Source: Octopus vulgaris (lineage: Eukaryota). Taken from it: 64,000 bases of DNA. Below the pieces are notes generated by a model. It worked only from the letters and a program-made list of their open reading frames with translations. It was not told where the DNA came from and searched no databases. Below are positions 25,951 to 39,146 of the stretch, one piece after another; positions within the stretch are counted from its first letter, which is position 1, and each line of letters begins with the position of its first letter. The position numbers and the translations under genes are program-made. Location: the NCBI GenBank assembly GCA_951406725.2, contig OX597814.1, positions 21,948,001-22,012,000 on the forward strand, read 5' to 3'.

Positions 25951-26960
25951 AACGTGGAGAAAGCAAGCAAATTAGCTTCCTGGTGCAAACTAGACACCCT
26001 AAGCAGAGAAAACCTTATCTATTTAAGGAAATTGCTGGGCTCTTTTGCAATAGGTAGAAACACCAAATAATATAAAATATGGCCCGGATCGTGATTACCA
26101 GCATGAACGTTGTAATGAAAGTCCTAATCATATACCCCACTAACAAGTGTTATTGCATGCCATGTAAAGGACAGGAAAAACCCAAGTACTTCAAACTATT
26201 GGTTGTTAAAGCCACCCTTTTTGGAACCACTATAATATCAGTAAATGAATTTAAACATTTCTGAAAGTGATCTTTCTTTTATTTTTATCATTTTTTAAAA
26301 CAATTTTTGTTTTAAATTTGAGTAGATTTATACAAGTAACTATTTTTCTAAGTGTTTTTACACAACTTATCATCTTTACTAACAAACAAGCAACATTATT
26401 GCATTTCATTATAAAGGATTGAGTTTATGCAGAGCAATTCCATAATGATTATAATGATGATAATGATATTAAATACTAATAAGGGATACTCACAATCCTT
26501 TACATCAGTTATAATAAACAAGTATCATGATCGTTGCCAGAGCGGCTAACTGGCATTCGTGCCGGTGGCACATAAAAAGCACCATTTGAGTGTGATCATT
26601 ACTAATGTCGCCTTACTGGCACTTGTGCCAGTGTGCAGGTGACATGTAAAAAAAAAAAAAACACAAATTTTTCATGGCCGTTGCCAGTACTGCCTGACTG
26701 GCACGTAAAAGCACCCACTACACTCTCGGAGTGGTTGGCATTAGGAAGGGCATCCAGCTGTAAAAACTCTGCCAGATCAAGATTGGAGCCTGGTGCAGCC
26801 ATCTGGTTCGCCAGTCCTCAGTCAAATCGTCCAACCCATGCTAGCATGGAAAGCAGACGTTAAATGATGATGATGATGATGAAGTAATGAATGAAACAAT
26901 TCACAAGTTGAAAAGACAGAACAACAAAAATAATTATATTTGTACTGAAATAGCAATATC

Positions 26961-26966
26961 TTTATT
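26961..26966 (-). promoter_or_regulatory. Candidate polyadenylation signal of HAL
   Basis: AATAAA on - strand followed by TTTTTGTTGTTCTGTCTTTT (GU/U-rich); proximal alternatives near 29402 and 30079. Confidence 0.4.
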
Positions 26967-28599
26967 CACAAAAAATGTTGAGCAAATATTTTACCGAAGT
27001 TTTAAAGATAAACATTAAAATTATATATTCAGCAATATGTTTTAATAAAAAAAGATTCCTATCACATAAATTCTGTTATTTGATCAAAAGCTGTAAGCAT
27101 ATGTTATTGATTTCTAACATCAGTGTAAGTTAAAGTGACCCAAAATTTGACTTGTTATTATTTTACCAAGCTTAAGAAAGATGAATGCTAAGTCATATTC
27201 AGCAAATAAGATGTATAATATTCAGTTTCGATCTGTGACTTAGTGAAAGAATTTTAAGTAACTGTCCTGCTGATCAAAATGCAGGTAACTATTGATTTTG
27301 TCGGCTATTAATCAAAAACAAGAACCTTTCACTGAGAAAAACTGTAAATATTATTCCAGGCAATCAAGTTTCAATTAGTATCATTTGTGGTTTACTATTG
27401 GAATTAAGGATGACATCTCTGTATATAATCTTACAATAAACTAAAATGGACAGAAGCATAAATAATTCATTAGAAGGATTAAAAAAGTTTCAAAAATCCA
27501 AATTCTTAGAACTATCCAAATTATACAATCATGACAAATATATAAAACTTTGTGTTTGTGTGTATGTAGTCTAGGCAACTATGTGGCTAAATACATACAA
27601 TTTACCATGGATATTCAACATAGATACATATGATTGTACTTTTGCATGTACAGTTGAGTTTGTTTTGTATGTGTTTGTGTGTGAGTGTGTGTGCATGTGA
27701 ATGTGAGTGAGTGTGAATGTGTGTGTGGGTGGGTGGGTGGGTGTGTGTATGCATTCATGTATGTGTTTACATGGGTGTGTGGATGTTTGTGTGTATCTGT
27801 TTGCATGACTATGTGCATTTGTATGTATTTGTCTTTATGAAAGTCTAAGTATTTTGTGAGAGTTAGAAAGTGTATAGATTATGTATGTTAATTATTTCAG
27901 CATGTTGGTAGACAAATAAAAATGTTGCCTAATTTCACAGTATGTAAAATTTTACACCTCTTCTATGTTCTAAGTTTAACAATCACAATTTTGGCCTAGA
28001 AGTAAAGTGAAACTGACAGAATATTTCGCAGAAGCATGTAACCTTAGAACAATTCTTCTGCTGATCAGCCACCTAACAATAGTCAGCAAAAGCAATAACT
28101 TATGAGAAAAATGTAACACTATTCTGATGATGTGTTTACAGGTACTCATAACTGAAGAGTTTAAAGTTCTGAGTTAGAAAGTTCTGAGTTAAGAAAGTTC
28201 TTGCACGGCATCTTAAACAAATATCTTCAGCCATAGTATTAAGTCAACTCAAACCTTGTGAATGAAATTTGGTAGATGGGAACTGTGCAGAAGCCAATCA
28301 AATAAATTGTATTTGTAACTCAAAGATCTGTGTCAAGGTAATTCTGTCTTAGAATTATATTATGGATACATGAGCTTGTGAAATACTCAGTCACTTTCAT
28401 GCTAATTTGATGGGTAGGTAATTCAGTTCTGTGAACAACTGAATAGATATTGCTTAAACTGACTGAAATCTATTTACTTAACTAAACATTTAGAATAGAA
28501 ACTTTCATCAAAACTTATTTGAAAGTATCAATGACTTTACAGCTTGCTTTTCAACAAATAAGCTACAAGAATTAAGCATAATCATTTGTTTGTTTGTTT

Positions 28600-29090
28600 G
28601 CATACAAGTATTTATGCATATATGTATGTACATATGTATGCATGTTGGCATATGTATATGTGTATGTATGTATGTATGTATGTATAAACATAAAGTGTAA
28701 ATGTATATGTACTTATATGTATGTATATATGCATGTATGCATGCATGTATGTATGCATGTATGTATCTATGCATGCATACATGTATGTATGTATGTATGC
28801 ATACATGTATGTATGTATGCATGCATACATGTATGTATGCATGCATACATGTATGTATGTATGCATACATGTATGTATGTATGTATGCATGCATGTATGT
28901 ATGTATGTATGCATGCATACATGTATGTATGCATGCATACATGTATGTATGCATGCATACATGTATGTATGTATGTATGTATGTATGCATACATGTATGT
29001 ATGTATGTATTTATGCATGCATACTTGTATGTATGTATGTATGTACTTTGTATGTATGTATGTATGTATGTATGTATGTATGTATGTATG
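28600..29090. repeat. (TATG/CATG)n compound microsatellite
   Basis: Seen directly. Confidence 0.95.
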
Positions 29091-29983
29091 AGTACATATT
29101 TTTCCTGCCTTTGTATTGTGTTTTTCATGTATGTGCTAGGTAAAAAGAAAAACTGCACTACACAAAAAGATCCACCTCAGAAGATTTTCCTCCAGGCTGA
29201 ACCAGTGAAAATGGAAAACAAAAAAATTTGAAATTAGAGATTCATTATTTAAATTCACTGTAAACCAAATATCAAATGTAAAAATTAAATATCCAAAGTA
29301 CTGATTCAACTCATTATTAAAGATATTATGCTTATTTTTAGAATATAAATTTGTATCTGTATGTATCATTGGCTTGGTGATCTCCAATCATCACCGGGTG
29401 TTTTATTCCTGAATAAAGAATAAATACATATGAAAAATGAAGGTTATAAAAGCAAGAGGAGAGTGCTCAAAATAAATGGAACATGTGGAGAAGGAGGCCC
29501 GTTTTGTTGACAATGACTTATGGAGTTTGGTGGGTTTCTTCAGACTGTAAGATGAAAACTTGCAGGTAGGCTTAGATAGCATTGCTTACCACTAAATGCT
29601 GGAGGTTGATAGAAATGGTCAAAAACTTGGCACAACTGATTATAGGAAAGAATTCAAGTGATCAGAATTTAATTAGGAAATGAAGGTATAGAAAAATAGT
29701 TAGTAGTGGAGCAGGTAATGTCGATACTAAAATAGGTGTTATGGTAGTTATAGAAGTTTAGATGTAAGGAAGTATCATATATCAAATATACATGATTAAA
29801 TGAATATAATAAATCAACATGGATATGGGATTTTCAGTTTAAATTAGCCAGTACCGGGCAAACTTGAAGGTCATAGTGAGCAAAAAAATTATGATTTCTT
29901 CCGTTCAGATTTTAAGTTTTTTCTTCAGTGATTGTTTATTGTCATTTATGCATCTAAAAGCACGTGTTTTTTTGCATCATACA

Positions 29984-30020
<37 letters not shown>

Positions 30021-30207
30021 ATGCACATGTGTGCACACGTGTATGTGTGTGTATACAGGGAGACAGACAGAGTGATAAGTTTATTTTATAATTCTTAATA
30101 AGCAAAAAATTGTAAAAGAAACTCAGAAGCTGATTAAAACCAATGAAAAATAGGTGTGTATATACTCATATTATAGAATTCTATTTCTTCTGTTTGTTCT
30201 AACAAAC

Positions 30208-30254
<47 letters not shown>

Positions 30255-30269
30255 ATGAATCAGTTTCAT

Positions 30270-30338
30270 TTAAGCACTTGTATTTTGTGGATGAGAACTT
30301 TCATACTCGTCCATGTAAGGCTTTACAGTATTCCACAC
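30270..30338 (-). CDS. HAL: HAL terminal coding exon: VWNTVKPYMDEYESSHPQNTSA*
   Basis: ttttcttcag acceptor; aligns to vertebrate HAL VWEVAAPYIEKY; TAA at 30270-30272. Confidence 0.9.
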   Translation of the reverse strand: MWNTVKPYMDEYESSHPQNTSA

Positions 30339-32991
30339 CTGAAGAAAATAAATATTACATGTAACTTAGTGATTTTTTTAAAAAACATATCTATGTTTAT
30401 ACATGCATATACAAACATATATGAATATGAAATACAATGGTTTTATTAAAGCATGGCAATGCCATAGTCATTTTTGACCATTTTCTCATTCAAACATGTA
30501 AGCTACATACAATACTGTTGTTGTTGTCATCATTGTCCTATCAACAAATAATCTGCTTGCTTCACATCTTCAAAGAGATGTATGTAACAGTTCCCTTTCT
30601 TGGAAAATAGGTAAGGCTTAGCAACAGGAAGAGTATCCATCTGTAAAGCAATACCTCAATGATCTATTTGTCTGAACCTAAGCTAACATCATAAAATGGA
30701 CATGAAACAAATGAAAATACATACATACATTTATGCATGTCTGTATGTGTGTGTGTGTGTGTATATATATAAGGAAAATGGAGAGTGTGAAGACAGAAAA
30801 ATACTAATATATGACAAGTGAGTAGGGATAAGAGTGGCAGCCAGCCTCTAACAAAAAAAAAAAACAGATCTAAATCTATTAAGGGGAATAGTAATATGAC
30901 CTAGTTCTTCAGCACTGCAACTAGCCATTGACTACTGTGGTCGTAGTTTAGCCTCTAGCTATTTTTAGAACAGAATCCAAAGACACACATGCTTACACAC
31001 ACACACATGCTGCTATTCAGTCAGTAAGGAACTTTCCATCCTTTCAGATGTAAATGAATATATGTAATTTTTGCCATGAAGAGATTTTTCCCTTTTAAAT
31101 TCATAATGCAATTTTAATTGTAAAATATGAATGAAGGCAAGAAATTGAAATGCTCACAGATCCCTAGTTTTAAATATTGTTATTAGAAGGTGGCTGACTA
31201 TAGGATCCTGGAAACATGAGTACGTTAAATAATTAGAAGGATGCGCTTGTTTACATTTAAGATGTTTAATACGTCACGAAATTGGTGGTCGAGACGGAGT
31301 AAATAAAATAAAGCCGAATGACGGAATATCATTGGTTAAAATTCTAATTATTAAACAACGTTAAACTTAGAAGTTACAATTCCGTTTTCATTCTGGTTTA
31401 CAATTAAGTTTACTTTTGACACATTCTACCAGTATACGAAGTTTCAAATTGTTTGGTTCAGTAGGAAAAATTTGAAAAAACTGGCTTCAGAATAGAAAAG
31501 ATCCCAGGTGACATGAAATTGACTATTAAAACTTCTCTTATATTTTCAAATAACCGTTATAGCCTTTAGTTTTAGTTAATACCTAACTGGATTCCCACAT
31601 ATCTTTCTTTCGCATAAAGATAAATATGAATCTCCTAGATCCTATTCTGCTTTTCCTTTTCTCAAGTCCTTTGTATAAATTCTGTTTATACTTCTTGCAC
31701 TGAAGAGTACAGTGATATATAATTAATTTAATTTAATCTAATTAATCTAATTAATTTAATTAATTCTATTCAACCATGAATTTGCATAATTTTTATATTG
31801 CTGTACGAAACGATCGTCTGCATGAATTAAAATTCTCTTACATATTTTAACATCTCCTCTCCATTTTTATCCAAATTTTTTAGTTTTATGGGATTTCTTT
31901 CTATAAATTCACAACACACGTTAAAAGCACATCCGAGCATGATTGTTGCCAGGGCCAAGGATTGGCTCCCGTGCCATGTGGCACGTAAAAAGCACCATTT
32001 GAGCATGATCGTTCCCAGTGTCGCCTTACCGGCACATGTGCCAGTGGCTCGTGAAAAACAACATTTGAGCATGGTTGTTACTAATGCCGCCAGTCTGGCT
32101 GCCATGCAGGTAGCATGCAAAAAAGATCTTTTGAGTGTGCTCATTGCCAGAACCGCCTGACTGGCATGTAAAAGCACCCACTACACTCTTGGAACGGTTG
32201 GCATTAGGAAGGGCATCCAGCTGTAGAAACTTTGCCAGATCAGATTGAGCCTGGTGCAGCCTTCTGGCTCACCAGTCCTCAGTCAAACCGTCCATCCCAT
32301 GCCAGCATGGAAAGTGGATGTTAAACAAAGATGATGATGATGATATATATATATATATTCATGGCTCCTGTGCCGGTGGCTCGTAAAAAGCACCATCTGA
32401 ACATGGTCATTGCCAGAGCTGCCTGACTGGCTCCCATGCCAGTGGCACGTAAAAAGCCCCCACTACACTCTTGGAGTGGTTGGTGTTAGGAAGGGCATCC
32501 AGCTGCAGAAACCTTGCCAGCCCTCAGTCAAACCGTCCAACCCATACCAGCATGGAAAACGGACGTTAAACAATGATGATGCTGATATATATATATATAT
32601 ATATATATATGAATGCAAGCATATGTCTGTATAAGCATTATGTGTGTGTGTGTGTGTGCATGTCTAAGTGTGTATCTTTGTATATGTATCTGTGTGTGTT
32701 CATGTTACCCATAATAGACCATTATTCTGTATAGCGCAATATCTATATTCCATCTACTTAATAATAAATACTTAATAGTAAGTGCTTTCTCAAACTAAAT
32801 ACTCTAAAGTATTTAGTAGTACCAATTTACCTTCTAAGTTTATATCCCAACCAGGTTCATTATACCTTTCATAAGTTTGTGATTAATAAAATAAGTGCCA
32901 TTTAAGACCTAGAAATGGGCATATAATTGATTGTGTTACAGCCTAATCACTTAAACCAGTAAGAGAAAAAGACAATGAAAGCAATCATTAC

Positions 32992-33061
32992 CTTTTCTTC
33001 TTTCAGCAACTTGGTAACAGCATCAATATCAGGTGCCATATAACGGTCTCTGTCCCATGGT
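32992..33061 (-). CDS. HAL: HAL exon: PWDRDRYMAPDIDAVTKLLKEEK
   Basis: ag/gt bounded, 70 nt, phase 2/0; DR.MAPDI motif. Confidence 0.95.
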
Positions 33062-34029
33062 CTGTAATATGAAATCAAACTTTATTTTAGAAAGAATGTT
33101 AAAATGACAGTTATTTTTCAGACTGGAAAACCACGTTTGGAAATCCTCCAAAGAGAAACTCTATGACAATAACAATCCCCATAGCTTGTACTACATCTCA
33201 AATTACCCCTTTTTCTTGGAGCCAGAAATACTTCATCAACCCGCAAAATTTTTGAAACTCTACAGACCTCAAGTGAGGCCCACAAAGAACTACCCCCATA
33301 TCTGTGATGGTGTTGTCACACATACACAGACATCTTTGAATACATCCAGAGAAAAACCACTTGACTGGTTGGCATAAAAATCTTTCACAGATGCACTCCA
33401 GTCTCTCTGTCTCCTACAATGGCTTCTGCTTTTTTAGCCTAGCTTATTCCATGCCTCCTCCTCCACTTAGGTGCTCTTTGCATCAATAGTGCATTGATAA
33501 GATGACTCACAGAATTTATTCTGCTTCTCTGCATCCTGAGTCAGCTTTGCCTTTTATCCTTTTGAAGATGAAAATAAAGTACCAATCCAGAGCATCGGAT
33601 TGACAGAACTGTTCAAGGTGTAGGTAAGAGAAGCTTTGTGATATCTGTTTGATTCATTACACTCTGACAGAACACCTGTGAGGACATTCGTTTCATGTTG
33701 TATTGGCCCAAGTCAGCAGCCTTTTCCATGGATAAAAATTGATGTTGTGTGGAAGGAAGACTTACATCTATGGGCAACTGCCAGTCTTGTTCGAAAAATC
33801 ATGTTCAAGCTTGTATACACATGTGCTGAAATATGATCTGCTTTGACCAACAGGTGCACTATTAATATTTAATTGCTAATATTGTACATAACAATAAGTC
33901 AATATATATATATATATATACTATACTGGGATTGGTTTGTTTGGCTTAACCCTTCAAGGCAATGTTGCAGTCCAACAACAGAAACAAGTAAAAAATAAAA
34001 AAGTAAATGATAAATAATTGATTATCAAG

Positions 34030-34184
34030 TGCAGGCATGGTTCTGTGGTTAGAAGTTTGCTTCTCAATCACATGATTCAGAGCTCACTGCATGACATCTT
34101 GAATGAATGTCTCCTACTACAGCCCTGAGCTGCCCAAAAGCCTTGTGAGTATATTTGATAGATGGAAACTGAAAGAAACCCATG

Positions 34185-34238
<54 letters not shown>

Positions 34239-34472
34239 CTCTCTCTCTCTCTCTCTCTTTTTCTCTTTGTGTGTTTGTATTTGTTCCCCACCACCACTCG
34301 ACAACCGGTGTTGTTGTGTTTATGACCCCATAACTTAGCAAAATAGATTAATAGAATAAGTACCAGGCTTAGAGAAAAACATGTATTGGGGTTGATTCAT
34401 TTAACTAAATTTATACAAGGCAGTGCCCCAGCATGGCCACAGTCTAATGATTGATACAAGTAAAAGGTAAAA
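34030..34472 (+). mobile_element. SINE family A copy with internal (TG)n(CT)n
   Basis: Matches other family A copies. Confidence 0.75.
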
Positions 34473-34503
34473 GGCATATCTAGAAACCATAAACTGTACT
34501 TAC

Positions 34504-34612
34504 GCTGCAACACTGCGAACAAGCTTATAAACTTCCTCAAGAGGCTTTGTAGGTTTCAATGGTTTCAGGAATTCCAGACCTTGACATGCACACAACAGTT
34601 CAATAGCTAAAA
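34504..34612 (-). CDS. HAL: HAL exon: (V)[36 protein letters not shown]
   Basis: 109 nt, phase 1/2, gtaagt donor; VLAIELL.ACQG motif. Confidence 0.95.
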
Positions 34613-34958
34613 CTGTAATGAGACAATACAATACAGATAGTAACACAATGATTTAAGGCACAATAAAAATTATATATCTAAAATCTGTAGAGAAATGAAT
34701 GATGTTATAAGAAAATTTTAATTTTAAACACTGTGTAGTAAGAAGTAAACTTTTAAAGTGTTTAGTCCTCTAGTAAGTTTTGATTCTTAAGTCCCTTTAA
34801 GTCATTTTTGATGTATATGTCCTTGGAAAAGTTAGATGTTGAATTTTACTACTTTTCTCTCATTCACTTTGTCAAAAAAAAAACTCAGCTTATTTTGTCG
34901 TGGTTCAAATCATAAGCAGAAACAGGATCCCCTACTGAAGAGGGTCAATAATGTATAG

Positions 34959-35294
34959 CTGTGGTTCTCAACTATTTTGTATTTATGGATCCTTTTGATT
35001 AATAAATTTATTCTGGTGGACCCCTATAGCCATTTGATACTTAAAAACTACTTTTATTGATACTTCTTTCAAAATTCCTATTTTGTTTTTCACACTTTTA
35101 ACTTGTATAGTTTGTACTATGTAAAATGTTAGAGAAAGAAACTCAGCTGTTTCTTGCAATAAATTCATCTAAAGCAAAATTATTTCATAGGTCCTTAGAA
35201 TAATTGGGTAACCAATTAACTATTTTGCTTGTATGGACCACCAAAATCTTACATGGAACCCCAGGATTCATACAGACCTGGTTGAGAACTTCTG
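34959..35294. mobile_element. hAT-type MITE remnant
   Basis: Imperfect TIRs CTGTGGTTCTCAAC ... GTTGAGAACTTCTG, resembling the Charlie-type CAGTGGTTCTCAAC terminus. Confidence 0.55.
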
Positions 35295-35971
35295 ATCAAT
35301 ACCAACAGTTCACAACAGTATGTCTCAAGATACAGCTAGATGTCATATAAAAATAATTAAATTTTATTTTTAAAAAAGTGAAAAATACAAAGTGTTTTTC
35401 TACACTTTATTTATTGAATAAAGACCAAAAACCTAATAATTTTTATGGCTTAAATAATTTGTGCTTATGGGCTAAAATATATAAATTCTTTTATTTGATC
35501 TAAAGTGTGTCATGAGTAAAAAAGAATATTAGGAAATTACTCGTCTGTATAAACAAAGCACAAATTCTAAACATGCATTATCATTTGTTTCATTAATTTC
35601 ATCATTACCACCACCACCACTATCATCATCATCATCATCATCATCATCATATATCCACCTTTCATACTGGTTTTGGTTGGATGGGTCACATCACGAAACT
35701 CACCAAACAGTATTTATGTACAAAAATTTAAATACCATAAAAGTAGTACTTATCAACTCATCATATGCTATATGAGTTGATGGGTAGCATATTCTAGTGT
35801 CACTAATAAAAGGATATTTAAAATGACTTTACTTTATGAAGCAATATTTTTTCTATATTTCCCCTTCAGATAAGGTCAATCAAATATGTTTTCTTTCCAC
35901 AAAGAAACTTATTATTTGATGCAGAAATTAAGATCAACTATTCAAAAAATAATTTTTTTAATTATTGTTAC

Positions 35972-36106
35972 CGTATTCTACATTTTCAACAACATTCAGT
36001 GCTTTTCTTGCAGCAAATCCTCCCATGGAGACATGGTCTTCAGTTCCTGCACTGGTTGTCTGTGAGTCAACAGAAGCAGGATGGCAAAGAACTTTATTTT
36101 CGGACA
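35972..36106 (-). CDS. HAL: HAL exon: (V)[44 protein letters not shown]
   Basis: 135 nt, phase 1/1; EDHVSMG motif. Confidence 0.97.
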
Positions 36107-36319
36107 CTAAAAATAAAAACAAATTTGAAGTGTCAAAAAAATAAACAATTAAGTAACTTTGAAGTATCTTACTACATTTTAATACTTTCATCATCACCAA
36201 CGTATTTATATATTACATTAGTCAATATCATTTAAAGATAAACTTCTACACTGTCTAAGATACTAGGCTTCTAATATTAAGTCAATACTAAAACATTAGG
36301 ATATGTATTTATATATATA

Positions 36320-37588
36320 TAGGGGGAAAATACACAAAAAAAACCAAAAGATGAAGCCTGGTGGTGTAGACAACAATCAGATGCATTTGTTTAATGCTCA
36401 AGAAGTGAAAAAGTCTTTAACGTTTCGAGCCTTCGCTCTTCCACAGAAAGGAACACGGAAAGAAACAAGGAGAGAAAATAAAGAATGTGTAGTGGCTAGC
36501 AATCTATCATGGCAAATGCCAGACAGAGGGGTCGCACAGGAGAGCTAGGAAGAAGGGGAGATAATAAAGTAGTGGTGATCCCAAAATGAAGGTGCGTACG
36601 TATGAGAGCATTATGTGCGTGTGGAAGAGGGCTGGTGATCTTGATGTGTGCAAGTATAGGTGTGTGAATGATGGTGTGGGGCTGGGAAGTGGTCTGTGCT
36701 AGTGTGTGTTGGTGTGATGTGATGTGGTATTGTGTGGTATTGTGGTGTGGTGGTGTGGTGGTGTGTGGTGTGGTGGTGTTGGGATGTGGGGGAAGCAAGA
36801 GTGGGGAAAGCAAGGGTGGGGTGTGGGTTAGGCTGAGGGAGGGGGTAGAGGTGGTGTATGTGGAATGGGGTGTAAGGAATGGGGTGGGGTGGGATAGGAT
36901 GGATAGGGAAGGTGGGGTTGGATTGTGTAGAGCTGGGAGGGAGAGGGGGAAGGTGGGTAGAAGTGAAGAGAAGTGAGAAGAAGTGTAGGAATGAAGAAAA
37001 GAAGTAGGAGTCGGAGCAAGAGAGGAGAGGTGGGTGGGAGGAAGTAGGTGTGAGAGGAAAGGGGAAGAGGGTTAGATGAAGAGGGGAGGAGAGTTGAGCC
37101 CATGTGGCGCAAAGGAGTGAAGAGAGAAGATTAATCCCTGTTCACAAGGAAGATGGAAGTCCGGATGGCCTGATGCAAGGACAATCTCCAAACACAGAGA
37201 GGTGCTGCAAAGAGTGACTGGTAGAGTGGAAATGGTGAGAGACTGGGGTGTCATTGCTGAGTCGGATGTCTTGGAGGTGTTCTGCGAACAGGTCAGCCAA
37301 GCAGCATCCCGTTTACCTGATATATAGAGAAGGGCAGAGAAAGCAGGAGAAGCAGTAGATGACATTGCTAGAAGTGCAGGTAAAGGAGTTGGTGATATGT
37401 TAGGGTCGATAATGGGTGCTGGTGAGGAGGGTGGTGTTGGAGAGGTAAGGTCAAGTGCAGCAATGTGGATGGAGCAGAGGAACGAGGTGAGTTGGGAGGT
37501 TGGGTTAGGTAAGAAGCTGTGGAACAAGAGGTCTCATAGGTTGTAGGCTCGTTTAAAGGAGGGGAAGGGTTGGTTAGGGAAGATATGC
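36320..37588 (-). mobile_element. Penelope-like element 3' fragment: decayed GIY-YIG endonuclease (37072-37588) plus terminal repeat region
   Basis: Minus-strand FTCTSSNVIYCFSCFLCPSLYIR*TGCCLADLFAEHLQDIR...PVSHHF and EQGLIFSLHSFAPHGLN; contains stops and frameshifts. Confidence 0.9.
36415..36450 (-). ncRNA. Minimal type I hammerhead ribozyme-like motif (core variant)
   Basis: CTTT-CTGTGGA-A-GAGC(GAAG)GCTC-GAAACGTT-AAAG: stems I and II, palindromic stem III; core position A6 is T. Confidence 0.6.
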
Positions 37589-38056
37589 TTACATATATAT
37601 ATATGTGTGTGTGTGTATGTATGTATGTATGCACACATATAAGCACATACATATATATATATATATTATGCAAACATATATTCTCATACATATATATACA
37701 TGTACATAGATATATATATATATGTGTACATACATATATATATGTGTGTATATATATATGTGTATATATATATATGTGTATATATATATATATATACACA
37801 AATATATACAAATATATATCAAAAAAGCAACAGGATATCAAGTATTAATGTAGTACAACCATTTCAAGCGGCTTCATTTAATTGAACAGTGTAATCATTA
37901 CGTCAATTTAAATAGGTAGGATACATTAATATACTTTTTATTAAATAGTTTAACAGAGTAAGAAGATGGAAGAAATTCAAGTTGTCACTATAACCACATG
38001 TGAATCGTTAGTGATTTGTTTTCCCTCCGTCTTCCTTTTCTATTGGACTTTCCTCT

Positions 38057-38091
38057 GTTTCTGAAGAAGAGCTTTGCTCAAAACATTAAAC
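38057..38091 (+). ncRNA. Decayed minimal hammerhead motif in a second Penelope-type terminal unit (~37970-38180)
   Basis: GTTT-CTGAAGA-A-GAGC(TTT)GCTC-AAAACATT-AAAC; two CpG-type G>A changes relative to GAAACGTT. Confidence 0.55.
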
Positions 38092-38178
38092 CACCTCTCT
38101 TTCCTTCCCTGAATGTCTGCTAATACTTTACATGTACCACATACTCACGTTGTTGTTTTGTTTTTGTGTTTGTTCTCG

Positions 38179-38236
<58 letters not shown>

Positions 38237-38362
38237 GTGTGTGTGTGTGTGTGTGTACATAATTGAGGATAAGAATTATTAAAAATTAATGATTTTATCA
38301 GTGGCCATCATATAATAAAAACCATACAGGTAACATCAATATATTAATATATCATTACATTG

Positions 38363-38720
38363 ATATAATTATAATCGAGGGCATTGAAGGAACAGCACCT
38401 ATATGTTAGAAATAGGTGTCAAATGACTCTAAACTACTTTGATTTTGCTTCATATACACGTGTAAATATATATATATATTTGTATTTATAAGTGTGTATT
38501 TGCATGGGTATATATATGTATTTTTATTTTTGTATGTTCTGATGAAGGCAGAGTATTTATTACTAAACCTGAAATCTGAAGGTTTAGGGTTAACCATAAT
38601 AATTTACAGACTCTTTTTTTGTCCATTTTTCTTGCATTCAACCTAGTAGTTTAGAGTCATTTGACATCTATTTCTAGCATATAGGTACTATTCTTTCAGT
38701 GCCCTTAATTATAATTATAT
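38363..38720. repeat. Inverted repeat (arms 38363-38438 / 38645-38720)
   Basis: ~75-bp reverse-complementary arms, e.g. GTCAAATGACTCTAAACTACT / AGTAGTTTAGAGTCATTTGAC. Confidence 0.9.
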
Positions 38721-38752
38721 CTATATAATTATGAATTTATGTGTGTGTATAT

Positions 38753-38784
<32 letters not shown>

Positions 38785-39099
38785 TTAACGTCCGCTTTCC
38801 ATGCTGGCATGGGTTGGACGGTTCAACTGGGGTCTGGGAAGCCGGAAGGCTGCACCAGGCCCAGTCTGATCTTGCAGTGTTACTACAGCTGGATGCCCTT
38901 CCTAACGCCAACCACTCCATGTGTGTAGTGGGTGCTTTTTACGTGCCAGACGGGGCTGGCAGACGGCCACGATCGGATGGTGCTTTTTACGTGCCACCGG
39001 CTCGGGGACCAGACGAAACTGGCAATGGCCACGGTCGGATGGTGCTTTTTACGTGCCACCGGCACGGAGGCCAGTCAGGCAGCGCTGGCTACGGCCACG

Positions 39100-39146
<47 letters not shown>

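Noticed and set aside
28508-29231. C/M/Y/H-rich ORFs
   Set aside because: Tetranucleotide repeat artefacts
31580-31705. Possible alternative HAL last exon (ctcttcag followed by a short open frame on - strand)
   Set aside because: No HAL similarity; lies in what looks like a repeat remnant; the homologous last exon is at 30270-30338
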